From: an uncultured Gammaproteobacteria bacterium
Lineage (GTDB): Bacteria; Patescibacteriota; Microgenomatia; UBA8517
NCBI GenBank assembly: GCA_964502815.1
Contig: CAZCXV010000003.1
Location: forward strand, 4,694-68,693
Length of the DNA stretch: 64,000 bases
Reading direction: 5' to 3'
The notes beneath the pieces were generated by a model. It was not told the DNA's origin and made no database searches. It was given only the letters and a program-made list of their open reading frames with translations. The translations under genes and the position numbers were made by a program. Shown in pieces: positions 27,660 to 38,150 of this stretch (position 1 is the stretch's first letter; the number at the start of each line of letters is the position of its first letter).

Positions 27660-28646
27660 ATGAAAATACTTGTAACTAGAAAAATACCAGGCAATAAAAC
27701 CCAAGACTTAGTTGGTGCAGGCCATGAAGTGACAACTTCTGAATTTGACAGGCCCTTAACACCTTCTGAACTGGTTGAGAAAATAAAGGGAATGGATGCC
27801 CTTTTGTCTGTTTTAAATGACAGAATTGATGGCGAAGTAATGGACACTTCTGGCCCTCAGCTAAAAATTATTGCCAACTATGCAGTGGGTTTTGACAACA
27901 TTAATATTGAAGAGGCTACAAAGCGGGGAATAGTTGTAACCAATACTCCATCAGACATAGTGAATGAAGCAGTCGCAGAACACACCTGGGCGCTTATTCT
28001 CTCCCTTACAAGAAGAGTAGTAGAAGCAGATGAAGCAGTCAGAAGGGGGGCTTACAAAGGTTTTGACCCGGAGATATTTTTAGGCCCTACTTTAAAAGGC
28101 AAAGTATTGGGAATAATTGGTCTTGGAAGAATTGGAGCAATGGTTGCCAGGCGTGCTAAGGGTTATGAGATGAAAGTCTACTACACTAAAAGATCAAGAG
28201 ATCCAGAACTAGAACAAGAGCTCGGTGCAACTTTTTCTTCGCTTGATGAACTTCTAACAATATCAGATATTATCTCTCTGCACATTCCAGGGTCAGAAGA
28301 CACTAGGCATTTAATAAATGACACCAGTTTGCAGAAAATAAAACAAGGGTCTTACTTAATAAATACGGCTCGTGGTATGTGTGTTGATGAACATGCCTTG
28401 GTAAATCATTTAAGAAGTGGAAAATTGGCAGGAGCTGCCTTGGACGTTTTTGACAATGAGCCAAATATTAATCCAGAGTTAATTGGCATGGAAAATGTAA
28501 TCTTGACTCCACATATCGCTTCTGCCACTTTTGAAGCCAGGGCAGACATGGCAAGACTGGCAGTAGGAGGAATATTAGAAACCTTGGGAAATAAAATGCC
28601 AGCAAATATTGTCAACAAAGAAGTTTGGGAGAAAAGAAGACAATAG
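27660..28646 (+). CDS. D-2-hydroxyacid dehydrogenase (glyoxylate/D-glycerate reductase family)
   Basis: AVGFDN, GIIGLGRIG, INTARG, AALDVF..EP, TPHIASA. Confidence 0.93.
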   Translation: MKILVTRKIPGNKTQDLVGAGHEVTTSEFDRPLTPSELVEKIKGMDALLSVLNDRIDGEVMDTSGPQLKIIANYAVGFDNINIEEATKRGIVVTNTPSDIVNEAVAEHTWALILSLTRRVVEADEAVRRGAYKGFDPEIFLGPTLKGKVLGIIGLGRIGAMVARRAKGYEMKVYYTKRSRDPELEQELGATFSSLDELLTISDIISLHIPGSEDTRHLINDTSLQKIKQGSYLINTARGMCVDEHALVNHLRSGKLAGAALDVFDNEPNINPELIGMENVILTPHIASATFEARADMARLAVGGILETLGNKMPANIVNKEVWEKRRQ

Positions 28647-28699
28647 ATTGAAGATACTTCAAGAGCTTTAAATTTTTGTAAGTCTGCTAAAATAGAAAT

Positions 28700-29689
28700 A
28701 TGTTTGGACTTGGCAAAAAGAGAAGAGAAGAGCTGGAAGATTATCAAGAAGATATCCTGGAAAACGAAGAGAAGTTAAACCTTCCTGCAAGAAGAAAATT
28801 TCGGGATTTGAATCCTGAGAGTAGAAAAAGAAGAAAGGAGCCAATAAAGCCTTGGACAAAAAAAGAACGGTTGTTAGTTTTATCTTTACTTGCCTTGACA
28901 ATTATCTCCTCAGCTATTTTTGGCTTGTTGGCTAGAGATTGGAAGCTTCCGGGACTGCCTAAAATTAAATTTTCAGGTCTGAATTTATTTAGTGGAGAGA
29001 TAGTTTTAGTTAACAATAACAAAGTCAAAGGTCAACAATTAGCTGGTTATGAAAAAGTAACTAAAGATTTTGAAAATATAACCAATGACTTATCTGGGGT
29101 TTACGGGTTGTATGTGTATGAATTAAATAACGGTGGAGAATATGGTGTCAACCAAGACGAAATCTATGAAGCAGCATCTCTCATCAAGCTTCCTGTGATG
29201 ATTGCTTTGTACAAAAAAAAACCAGCAGGCTATAAAGAATTAGTGACTAGGATGGGTAAGAAAAGCGACAATGAAGCTTTTGGGACTGCTAGAAAAATCT
29301 TGGGAGATAAAACCATAAATACGGTAATGACAGAAATTGGCATGAACAACACTTCTTTGGAGGAGAATGAAACCAGCTTACAAGATATTGGATTGTTTTA
29401 TAGAAGACTATATAGAAATGAACTCTTGCCAGAAACTGAAACCAAGGAAATTTTAGCCAGTTTGACAGACACCATTTACGAGGAGCATCTGGTAAAGGGG
29501 ATTCCGGAAGACATTAAAGTTGCACATAAATATGGCAGAGAAGTGCATGTAGTAAATGATGCTGGTATTGTCTATGTAGATAATCCCTACATAGTAGTAA
29601 TAATGACTAAAGGAGTAATTGAATCAGAAGCGGATGAAATCTTTCCAGAATTATCAAAAATCATCTTTGACTTTGAAAGTAAAAACTAA
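28700..29689 (+). CDS. Membrane-anchored serine hydrolase, class A beta-lactamase-like
   Basis: SLIK, SDN and HKYG motifs; N-terminal TM. Confidence 0.85.
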   Translation: MFGLGKKRREELEDYQEDILENEEKLNLPARRKFRDLNPESRKRRKEPIKPWTKKERLLVLSLLALTIISSAIFGLLARDWKLPGLPKIKFSGLNLFSGEIVLVNNNKVKGQQLAGYEKVTKDFENITNDLSGVYGLYVYELNNGGEYGVNQDEIYEAASLIKLPVMIALYKKKPAGYKELVTRMGKKSDNEAFGTARKILGDKTINTVMTEIGMNNTSLEENETSLQDIGLFYRRLYRNELLPETETKEILASLTDTIYEEHLVKGIPEDIKVAHKYGREVHVVNDAGIVYVDNPYIVVIMTKGVIESEADEIFPELSKIIFDFESKN

Positions 29690-29720
29690 AAAACTTACCT
29701 TCAAGGTGTCACCCTGAAGA

Positions 29721-32090
29721 TTAAATTCCAGTACTGGCAGCTTCAGGAAGTATTTGGCCTGCCCCTATTGGTCTTATTGTTTTTTCTCTTTCTGCATTTA
29801 TCTTTTCAATAGTTTCTCTTCTACAAGCAAGTTTTGGCGCGGTTTCAATTGTAAACCATTCCGGTTTACTGCTACATCCCTGGCAAGGCAAGGTTCCTGT
29901 TAGGGGACAAATGGACAATTTTACAAGGCCTTCCGGAATTTGCCATTCTTTGCTTTCCTTGTCTACCAGAAGAGATGAGATTATTTTGTTCCAGATAGGT
30001 GAAGCTCCAGTTATTCCTGAAGCGACTCTACTCATAGGGGAATTGTCGTTGTTGCCCACCCAAACTGCCACTAAATAGTCCTGATTAAAGCCAAGGGTTA
30101 AATTATCTCTTAAGTCATTACTGGTCCCAGTTTTTACAGCAACTTCTGGATGTTTTGGAATAACCAAAGCTGAATTGGAACCAAAGGCTGGAGCTCTGGC
30201 GGAGTTATCCTTTAAAATGTCAATTAACTGAAAAGCAGTTCGTGGATCTAAAGTTTTTTTGTTTTCCGGTTTGTTTTCTTCCAAAATGTCTCCTTGGTAA
30301 TTTGTCACTTTGGTTATTTCATAAATCTTTGGAGTTTTACCGCCATTGGCAACTGTGGCAAAAACGCCCGCCAGTTCTGTCAATTTCACTTCTCCACCTC
30401 CAAGCGTTAGCGATAGACCGAATCTGGATCTATCTTTCCAACTGGTAATTCCCATTTTTTCTCCTAAATCAATCATGTTGGTGACTCCGTATGAATTTAA
30501 AATCTTGACGGCAGTAATATTTCTTGACTCTGCCAGAGAACTTCGAAGAGTTATTGCACCCCTAAACTTGCCATCGTAATTCTTGGGACTATAGGGAGTA
30601 GTTCCTGGAGTGATAAAAGTAATTGCCCTATCTTGGAGAATTGAGGCAGGGGTATATTTTCCAGAATCTAGGGCATAGGCATAGTTTAAAATCTTAATTG
30701 AGCTTCCAGGTTGTCTCAGTCGGGTGGTAACATTTACTTGGCCATCATTTTTGACGTCAAAGTAATCTTTTGAGCCAACCATGGCTAAGATCTCCCCATT
30801 TTTGGGATTGAGGACTAAACTGGCTCCATTTGTTACATGCAGTCTAGCAAGTTTGTCGACCTCGGCCTTGACGGCTTCCTCGGCTATTTTTTGAATGTTG
30901 TAATCTAAAGTTGTTTGGACTTCTAAGCCCCCTTTTTCCACCATTTCCTCGCCGTATTTTTCTACTAATTTTTCGCGGACGTGCATTACAAAGTGGGGGG
31001 CTTTGATATCGGTTCTGTTGTCTGCAAAAAGCAGTTTTTCTGCTTCCGCCTTGTCTACTTCTTCTTGGGAGAGATATTTATTTATAACCATCAGGCGAAG
31101 CACGTCTTTTTGTCTGGCAAGGGCTATTTCAGGACTTGAACCAAAAGGAGAGAATCTGGTAGGACTTTTTGGCAGTCCAGCAAGTAAAGCCGCCTCGCCA
31201 ATAGACAAGTCTTTAACTTTTTTTCCAAAATAGACTTCAGAAGCTTCTTCAATTCCGTAAGCACTGCCGCCGTAAGAAACTTCGTTTAAATACATTTCTA
31301 AAATTTCATCTTTGGAGTAGATAATTTCAGTTTCGATGGAAAGAATAATTTCACGCAGCTTTCTGATAAGTGTTTTTTCAGAAGAAAGAAGGGCATTTTT
31401 TACCAGTTGTTGGGTGATTGTTGAGCCTCCTGCCAGCTCGCCTTCGGTAGCGTTTCTGTAGATGGATCTAGTAATGCCTTTTATGGAAAACCCTGGATGG
31501 CTATAAAATTCGGCATCTTCTGCAGCCAGAGTTGCCAAGCGAACATGTATGGGGATTTCCTGAAGTTTAACTGGGGTTCTGTTTTTGTCTTTATAGATTT
31601 TATAAAGCAAAAGTCCGTTTCGGTCGTATATTTTAGTCGAGACTTCCTGCTTTCTGGTTGTCAGTTCCAGTGGAGAAGGAAGGTCTTTAAAGATAAAGAC
31701 ATAGACACCAAGAAAAATTATAAACACAAAAACAAGCGAAAAGAGAGAAAGAAAAGATAGGCGCTCTCTTTTTTTGGCTTTACGGAGTTTCTTCTTGATT
31801 TTAAATTTGGGAAGCTTTGGTAAGTGAATTTTTGGAAAAGAAGGAAGTTTAAAAATCTTCTTTTTTGTTTTCACTCTTTTTGGCAGTTTTAAGTTTTTGG
31901 CAACATTTACCCCAGAAGATATGGACCAATTAACTGCATGACCGATTTTAGAAATTAAAAGAAGGAAGCCTATAAGAGAGTATTCGATTAGCCAAAAAAA
32001 TGGTTTTCCAACAGAAATCAGTAAGCTCTGAAGAAGACTAAATAGATTTAAGTTGGTTTTGGATTTTTGTTTTCTTTTTTGCCTTGTCAT
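29721..32090 (-). CDS. Class A penicillin-binding protein (PBP1A family)
   Basis: AAEDAEFY, GGSTITQQL, RKLRE; RQPGSSIK, SRN, KTGT. Confidence 0.95.
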   Translation of the reverse strand: MTRQKRKQKSKTNLNLFSLLQSLLISVGKPFFWLIEYSLIGFLLLISKIGHAVNWSISSGVNVAKNLKLPKRVKTKKKIFKLPSFPKIHLPKLPKFKIKKKLRKAKKRERLSFLSLFSLVFVFIIFLGVYVFIFKDLPSPLELTTRKQEVSTKIYDRNGLLLYKIYKDKNRTPVKLQEIPIHVRLATLAAEDAEFYSHPGFSIKGITRSIYRNATEGELAGGSTITQQLVKNALLSSEKTLIRKLREIILSIETEIIYSKDEILEMYLNEVSYGGSAYGIEEASEVYFGKKVKDLSIGEAALLAGLPKSPTRFSPFGSSPEIALARQKDVLRLMVINKYLSQEEVDKAEAEKLLFADNRTDIKAPHFVMHVREKLVEKYGEEMVEKGGLEVQTTLDYNIQKIAEEAVKAEVDKLARLHVTNGASLVLNPKNGEILAMVGSKDYFDVKNDGQVNVTTRLRQPGSSIKILNYAYALDSGKYTPASILQDRAITFITPGTTPYSPKNYDGKFRGAITLRSSLAESRNITAVKILNSYGVTNMIDLGEKMGITSWKDRSRFGLSLTLGGGEVKLTELAGVFATVANGGKTPKIYEITKVTNYQGDILEENKPENKKTLDPRTAFQLIDILKDNSARAPAFGSNSALVIPKHPEVAVKTGTSNDLRDNLTLGFNQDYLVAVWVGNNDNSPMSRVASGITGASPIWNKIISSLLVDKESKEWQIPEGLVKLSICPLTGTLPCQGCSSKPEWFTIETAPKLACRRETIEKINAEREKTIRPIGAGQILPEAASTGI

Positions 32091-32175
32091 AATAACCTAT
32101 ATTGTAACCTCCAGATTTAAGAATTGGTAGAGGAAATTATGTAAAATTGCCAGGGTTTGCTAGAATCAACCAAAC

Positions 32176-33741
32176 ATGGATAAAGTGGAAGAAGTTTTGA
32201 TTAATCAAGAATATTTAAATCGGCTTGGTAAGGAACAACAAAGAATACTAGGAAATACCCCACAAGAACTTCGTGGCCAAAGAGAACAATCTATAAACAC
32301 TACATTTCAAACATTAAAAAATAGATTTTCGGATCTGGAGGAATTTGAATTTGGAGAGAGACAGCAGATTATTTTAAAGCTTAAGCTCACACGCTATTTT
32401 GAGAGGAAAGAGTCTATTGATACAGATACATTATTCGATGCTCTTATCGAAACTCCAAATTTCATAAATAAAGATAGGGGATCTCTTGATCATTTGTTTG
32501 AAGTCCACGAGCAAAAATTCCTGCAGAAAATTGCCGAGGCAAGAAAAAAGCGGGCTGAAATTGGCGATAAATCAGTTTCTAATCCTTGGGAGAATCTGTT
32601 TACTACCAAATCGGGTGATTACTATATGGCGAGACTTTTAAATATGCCTCATTTGGAAATGGAATCTGATTTTATGAAGCACTGTGTTAATACAAGTGAT
32701 TCATATATAAACCGCATGAAGCGGGGAGAAATTGAGATTCTTTCTTTTAGGCATGTGCCAACGATAAATCAAAAAACCAATAAACTTGAAGGAGATGTTC
32801 CTATTATGACAATTCAATATGACCTTAAAACTGGAGTTATTAGACAAATAAAAAAGGCTAAAAATGAATACCTTAATCCTAATGATCCTTATTTTGACGA
32901 TGTGATCGACGCTTTAAAACAATTAAGAACAACTAAAAGTGATACAGGGAAATTACGAGTGATTACAGAAATTTCCCCAAATGAATTGAAAAATGTAGAG
33001 GTTGAGGATTACTGTGTCCTAACTGAAAATGGATCAGTTCCGTTTCGCGAATTTGACCCAAATAGTGGAGTTTTTGTATTAAAAGCTGGTTCTATGAAAC
33101 TTACTCCTGATCTTTCAGAAAGTGATGTAGTAAAAATTGTTCACATATTAAAAGGAATTGATTATAAGCCTGAGGAGATAGTACAGGATTTCAAAAAAAT
33201 AATTCCTGGAACTACAAAATTATATCTTGGGCCAGTTTTTGAAGGAGTGTTTGACTTTCTATCTAAGGGAATTGATATATTTACCAGTTTCCCGGAAGGG
33301 AAATTTAGAGAAGTGGAGTTAACTGCTCAAGGAGAAGCTAATCTAAGTGATGTAGATGTTCCTGATTGGGTGAAAAATGATTTGCTTCCACAAGTTGAAT
33401 ATCCTGAAAAAGAAGTGACTCTTAGGTTGGTTATATTGACGCCTGGGCAAGTTGGATTTCCCAGTGGAACTACAGGAAAAGAATTTTTTAAAAAAGTAGA
33501 ATCATTAGGGGCTAAAAAATGCCCCGCTTTTGTAGGACCTCACTTAAGAGAGCAATATAAAGACCAGTCGGAAAGTGAATGGTTAACTATTGCTATGGAG
33601 CCAATGTCTGACGCCGACGGCGATCTATTTATGTTCTTCTTGCACCGCGAAGACCATGGCTTGTGGTTGGACTGCAATGTTGCCCATGAGATCGATCACT
33701 TGGATTCTGATAACACATTTGTCTTCTGTCTTGGCAAATAA
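32176..33741 (+). CDS. PcfJ-like domain protein with a C-terminal DGR-target-like variable domain
   Basis: LEMES..MKHCV..SY...G.IEILS.R...MTIQY...QIK..KN (PcfJ-like); C-terminus D.DG...F...R...GLWL.......D....DN.FVF..K with a codon-usage shift. Confidence 0.6.
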   Translation: MDKVEEVLINQEYLNRLGKEQQRILGNTPQELRGQREQSINTTFQTLKNRFSDLEEFEFGERQQIILKLKLTRYFERKESIDTDTLFDALIETPNFINKDRGSLDHLFEVHEQKFLQKIAEARKKRAEIGDKSVSNPWENLFTTKSGDYYMARLLNMPHLEMESDFMKHCVNTSDSYINRMKRGEIEILSFRHVPTINQKTNKLEGDVPIMTIQYDLKTGVIRQIKKAKNEYLNPNDPYFDDVIDALKQLRTTKSDTGKLRVITEISPNELKNVEVEDYCVLTENGSVPFREFDPNSGVFVLKAGSMKLTPDLSESDVVKIVHILKGIDYKPEEIVQDFKKIIPGTTKLYLGPVFEGVFDFLSKGIDIFTSFPEGKFREVELTAQGEANLSDVDVPDWVKNDLLPQVEYPEKEVTLRLVILTPGQVGFPSGTTGKEFFKKVESLGAKKCPAFVGPHLREQYKDQSESEWLTIAMEPMSDADGDLFMFFLHREDHGLWLDCNVAHEIDHLDSDNTFVFCLGK

Positions 33742-33827
33742 TTTTGGTACTTTGTCCTTTTGATCCTTAGTTTTTTGCTAACACTGATGTTAGTTTGGTT
33801 TTGTTGTGTTTTTGATCGAGAAAATAT

Positions 33828-36059
33828 TTACTGTTGTTTTTGAATTTGCAGAGGATATCTAATGGTTGCCGATTCGGAAGCGATTGGACAATCTATACAA
33901 TATGTTGTTCCAAGCGGGTCTATATATACTAGGTGGTTTTCCAGATCATATTGCTCGGGGACTGCATTGGGGTTTCGAACTTGGGCTCTAGTATCTTTGT
34001 AGACTTTAATATCCTGATATTCAGTTCTTGCTCCAGTTCCTACTGTTCCTTCAATGAAATATTCAAATCTGGTAGGACAACCTGGGTTATCTTGCGCTCC
34101 TGATGGAGGAAGGCCAGTGGTGGCGCAAATTGTCGCCCCAACAACATTATCTGGCTGTGTTGGCCAGGCGTGACCTTCTTTTTCATACTTTGTCAGTGTT
34201 TCCTTGATTACTTTGTTCCAAATAGGGGAAGCGCCAGACACCCCAGAGACCGCACCGCTCATTGCCGAGCCGTCATTGTTTCCTACCCAAACTACTACTA
34301 CAGCATTTTTGGTAAAGCCTATTGTCCAATTGTCTTTTCGGTCATTTGTGGTACCGGTTTTGACGGCTACCTCAGGGTGGCCGATTACATTTAATTGTGA
34401 AGTTGTGCCAAATGCGGCCGATCTGGCATTATTGTCTAAAAGTATATGGGAAATTAAAAATGTTACCGATGAATCCAGAATTCTCTCTCCAGATAGATCA
34501 GTAATTTTATTTTCTTCAAGTACTTTTCCAGTATAGTCTTCAACTTTCAAGATTGCTTTTAGGGGTTGTTTTATACCGCCGTTGGCAAAAACTCCGAAAG
34601 CTTGAGCCATGTCAATTGGCCTGACCTCCCCGCCGCCTAAAGTTAGAGACAGGCCATATTTTGAGGGGTCTTCAAATGTGGTAATTCCCATTTGTCTTGA
34701 AAACTCAATAAAATTTTCCAAACCATTTAGGGCTAGAATTCTGACTGCCGGAATATTGTAGGAATTGCCTAAGGCAAATCTGGCTTGGGTAAGGCCGTGA
34801 AAACTGCCGTCATAGTTTACCGGGCAGTAAGCTGCTTGACCGCCGACTAAAAAGCAGGTAGGAATGTCTGCCAGAGCAGTTGCTAAGGTTATTTTTTCAT
34901 CTCTGATGGCAAGGGCATAGTTTAAAGGCTTAATTGAGCTTCCTGGTTGCCTTTTGGCTAGAGTGACATTTACCTTGCCATCTTCATCTTTAGCAAAATA
35001 ATCTTTTGAGCCAACCATGGCTAGAATTTCTCCAGTATCTGGCTTAGTAACAAGCGCAGCTCCGTTGCCTACTTTTTGCTTTTTTAATTTTCCGACTTCG
35101 GTAGCTACTGCATCCTGAGCGAAGTTTTGTAAATCAAGGTCCAGTGTGGTGGTTACACGTAGGCCCCCTTGCTCGACTAATCTTTCACCATATTTATCTG
35201 CCAACTGGTCTTTAATCCAAAGAGCAAAGTGGGGGGCTTGAGGAGCTTTTTGTTGGGCAAACTTCAAGCTTTCTTCTTTTGCCTTTTGGGCATCTTCTTT
35301 ATTTAAATACTCTTCTTCAACCATCCGATCTAAAACAAATTCCTGCCTTTTTTTGGCCAGTTCTGGATGGGCGCCAAAAGGGGAATAAGTGGATGGCCTT
35401 TGGGGGAGTCCTGCCAGGAAAGCTGCTTCGGCTAAGGAGAGATTCTTGGCATTTTTATTAAAGTAGAGTTCGCTTGCAGATTCCACACCGTAAGATGTTC
35501 CGCCATAGGGAATTTGATTTAGATAGTATTCAAGTATCTGATCTTTAGAGTAGATTGATTCAACTATCATAGAAAGAAAAAATTCCTGGATTTTTCTTTT
35601 GGGAGTCCTTTCTGGAGACAGAAGAGAATTTTTGACCAGTTGTTGGGTAATTGTTGAGCCACCTTCTAATTTTTTTTCAAAAACTATTTTATAGGCAGCT
35701 CTGGTTATGCCTGCAGGAGAAAAGCCGTGGTGTTTGTAAAAATCCTTGTCCTCAACGGCGATAGTCGCCTTTTTTACATTCTCTGGAATTTCATTAATTT
35801 TTAGAGGTGTACTTCTTTTGTCAACATAAATTTCATAGATCAGTTTGCCATTTCTATCAAAGAGCTTGGTTGAAACTGGTTGCCTATTTGAGATTTGAGT
35901 AGGAAGAGGCACTCCCCAAAAAAGCCAGATAAAAATTAGTAAAATTGGTCCCCAATAAATAAGCCTCTTAACAGACTTAGGATTTTTAACATCCAGCCCA
36001 GACTTGACTCTGTCCAAAAGCTTTCTTTTTCGGATTTTTGTTTCCTCTAGTGTTCCCAT
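33828..36059 (-). CDS. Class A penicillin-binding protein (PBP1A family), second paralog
   Basis: AVEDKDFY, GGSTITQQL, RKIQE; RQPGSSIK, SYN, KTGT. Confidence 0.95.
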   Translation of the reverse strand: MGTLEETKIRKRKLLDRVKSGLDVKNPKSVKRLIYWGPILLIFIWLFWGVPLPTQISNRQPVSTKLFDRNGKLIYEIYVDKRSTPLKINEIPENVKKATIAVEDKDFYKHHGFSPAGITRAAYKIVFEKKLEGGSTITQQLVKNSLLSPERTPKRKIQEFFLSMIVESIYSKDQILEYYLNQIPYGGTSYGVESASELYFNKNAKNLSLAEAAFLAGLPQRPSTYSPFGAHPELAKKRQEFVLDRMVEEEYLNKEDAQKAKEESLKFAQQKAPQAPHFALWIKDQLADKYGERLVEQGGLRVTTTLDLDLQNFAQDAVATEVGKLKKQKVGNGAALVTKPDTGEILAMVGSKDYFAKDEDGKVNVTLAKRQPGSSIKPLNYALAIRDEKITLATALADIPTCFLVGGQAAYCPVNYDGSFHGLTQARFALGNSYNIPAVRILALNGLENFIEFSRQMGITTFEDPSKYGLSLTLGGGEVRPIDMAQAFGVFANGGIKQPLKAILKVEDYTGKVLEENKITDLSGERILDSSVTFLISHILLDNNARSAAFGTTSQLNVIGHPEVAVKTGTTNDRKDNWTIGFTKNAVVVVWVGNNDGSAMSGAVSGVSGASPIWNKVIKETLTKYEKEGHAWPTQPDNVVGATICATTGLPPSGAQDNPGCPTRFEYFIEGTVGTGARTEYQDIKVYKDTRAQVRNPNAVPEQYDLENHLVYIDPLGTTYCIDCPIASESATIRYPLQIQKQQ

Positions 36060-36088
36060 GAATCTCTAAATTATACTATACTTATATT

Positions 36089-36577
36089 ATGACTTCTAAA
36101 AAGAAATTAAGGGGGAACAAAAATATGTTTCTGGTCTTTGTTTGTCTAGTGACTATTCTTGTTATTTTTGTTGGCTATTTTAGTTTTGTTAAAACTTATA
36201 ACAGGAAAAAAACAAACACACCCATTCCTATAGATGATCTGACTGCAAGCCAGGTCCAATTTGTCGACAAAGATCTACCTTCAGGACTTCCAACGGACTT
36301 TCCAATTTATCCAAATTCTACAGTGGATTCTTCGTGGGGTAGTGAAACTAAACAAACAAGAGGAATTTCATTCCTGCTTAAAACTGCAGATTCAGTAGAA
36401 AGTGTTAGCTCTTATTATAGGAAAAATCTGTTGGCTAATGGCTATAGAATTGACTCTGAATTTGAAAATAACGGGTCTTTGACTATTTCTTTTTCTAAAG
36501 AAAAAATAGTTGGCTTTATTGGGGTGACAAAGGCAGGTGAAACTAATATTTCCGTCACCCTGGGAGTTGAAATATGA
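36089..36577 (+). CDS. Membrane-anchored hypothetical protein
   Basis: One TM; LP.DFPIYP.S...V.SYY..L...GY pattern. Confidence 0.65.
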   Translation: MTSKKKLRGNKNMFLVFVCLVTILVIFVGYFSFVKTYNRKKTNTPIPIDDLTASQVQFVDKDLPSGLPTDFPIYPNSTVDSSWGSETKQTRGISFLLKTADSVESVSSYYRKNLLANGYRIDSEFENNGSLTISFSKEKIVGFIGVTKAGETNISVTLGVEI

Positions 36578-37245
36578 CAAAAGCTCTGCCAAAAACAAAA
36601 GAGATTTCTTTAAAGTATGTCGTCTCCTACTTTGCTTTTCTTCTTATTGTCTGGGGATTTTACAGGCAGCTTTTTCAACTTCCGGAAGAGATTGAAGAGG
36701 GTGTAATAAAACCAATCATTTGGCTCCTGCCGCTTTTTTGGGTTATCTTGCAAAAAGAAAAGAATAACTTAGCAAGTTTGGGAATAACTTTTAAAAATTT
36801 TTTCCCTTCAATCTATCTATCGTTAGGTTTGGGGGCAGTCTTTGTCATGGAGGCTGTTTTGATCCATTTTTTTAAATACGGGAGTTTAAATTTAAGCTCT
36901 ACAATTAGTTCGTCGGGCAAGCCTTTATTGTTTGCCTTAGGGTTATCTTTTTTAACGGCAGTCTCAGAAGAATTGGCGTTTAGAGGCTATATTTTTAGCC
37001 GGTTGGCAAATACTTTGAAAAGTGAGTTAGTGGCAAACACCCTTTCAAGTGGACTTTGGACTATCATTCATATTCCAATTGCAATTTTTGTTCTAAAATT
37101 GGATGTATGGTCGGCTTTTATTTACCTGGCACTGGTGATGATTTTTGGAGTAGGAGCAAGCTTTGTCTTTGCCAGGACCAAAAATATTTTCTCAGCAATA
37201 TTTTTGCATGTTCTCTGGCAATGGCCCTTGATTCTTTTTAAATAG
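36574..37245 (+). CDS. CPBP (Abi/CAAX) intramembrane metalloprotease
   Basis: EELAFRGY, W...H, IFLHVLW motifs. Confidence 0.88.
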   Translation: MTKALPKTKEISLKYVVSYFAFLLIVWGFYRQLFQLPEEIEEGVIKPIIWLLPLFWVILQKEKNNLASLGITFKNFFPSIYLSLGLGAVFVMEAVLIHFFKYGSLNLSSTISSSGKPLLFALGLSFLTAVSEELAFRGYIFSRLANTLKSELVANTLSSGLWTIIHIPIAIFVLKLDVWSAFIYLALVMIFGVGASFVFARTKNIFSAIFLHVLWQWPLILFK

Positions 37246-37316
37246 TGATTTTTAAGGAGTTTGTATTTCCTCTGGGTTGACTGTAAGTGATCTATTTAGT
37301 ATCATTGCTCTGCCCC

Positions 37317-37970
37317 ATGAATAAGCAAAGCTTGGCATTGTTGACTCACAAAGCAAAAGAACTTATAAAGATTGCGGTTCCTCTGACAGTTGGGGTGTTT
37401 ATTTTGGCAATTTCAATTTTTTCTTCATCTAAAGTAAAGTATGTTTTTGGTCAATCTACCACTCCAGCCCCAATTTTAGGACAAAAAGCCGAAGTTAACT
37501 ATCAGCTTCCCTTTGCGGGAAAAATAGAGCCAGACAGTTTTCTTTGGCCAGTAAAAGCGACCCGTGACAAAGTTTGGGTAATTGTGAGTATTGATCCTGT
37601 TAAGAAAGCGCGGGTATTGATTCTTTTGGCCAATAAAAGAATAGTTTTTGCCCAAAACTTAATGAATAGGGATAAATCAGAACTTTCGGTGTCAACTTTA
37701 ACAAAAGCAGAAAAGTATTTGGAAGAAGCAGTAAGCCTCGAGAAAGATGCCAGAAAGAAGGGAAGTGACACAAAGGCACTCCTGCCAGAAATTGCCATGT
37801 CTATCCTAAAGCACAGACAGCTTTTGGAGGAAATACTTCTTGCAGCTCCCGAGAATGCGAAACCAGTTATAGTAAAGACACTTGATGTCAACAAAAGACT
37901 TTTTAGTGATATAAAGATGTCCCTAAACTCCCAGGGCCTTGAAACTCCAGCTAGCCCGTTTGAAGAGTGA
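37317..37970 (+). CDS. DUF5667-like membrane-anchored protein
   Basis: LP..G.I.PDS.LW..K..RD...KA...L..ANKR. Confidence 0.75.
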   Translation: MNKQSLALLTHKAKELIKIAVPLTVGVFILAISIFSSSKVKYVFGQSTTPAPILGQKAEVNYQLPFAGKIEPDSFLWPVKATRDKVWVIVSIDPVKKARVLILLANKRIVFAQNLMNRDKSELSVSTLTKAEKYLEEAVSLEKDARKKGSDTKALLPEIAMSILKHRQLLEEILLAAPENAKPVIVKTLDVNKRLFSDIKMSLNSQGLETPASPFEE

Positions 37971-38150
37971 TTCTTTTATGTTTGTACAAATTTTATATCC
38001 TGACAAACTGACAAGTTTTGTTTCTGATTTGTATTGCAGTAAAAACCTTAAAGTTATACTCATATTATTTCCTCAAAAATTGCAACTATTGTGAAAACAT
38101 TGAGCCTGAGCTACCCGTGAAAGAAGATAATTTGATATAGTTTTTAGCAC

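Noticed and set aside
28700-29689. Acquired antibiotic-resistance beta-lactamase
   Set aside because: Membrane-anchored, divergent, adjacent to PBPs and without mobile context; more likely a cell-wall serine hydrolase
37971-38150. Possible cobalamin riboswitch upstream of nrdR-nrdJ
   Set aside because: No B12-box or conserved riboswitch core visible; regulation is explained by the NrdR boxes
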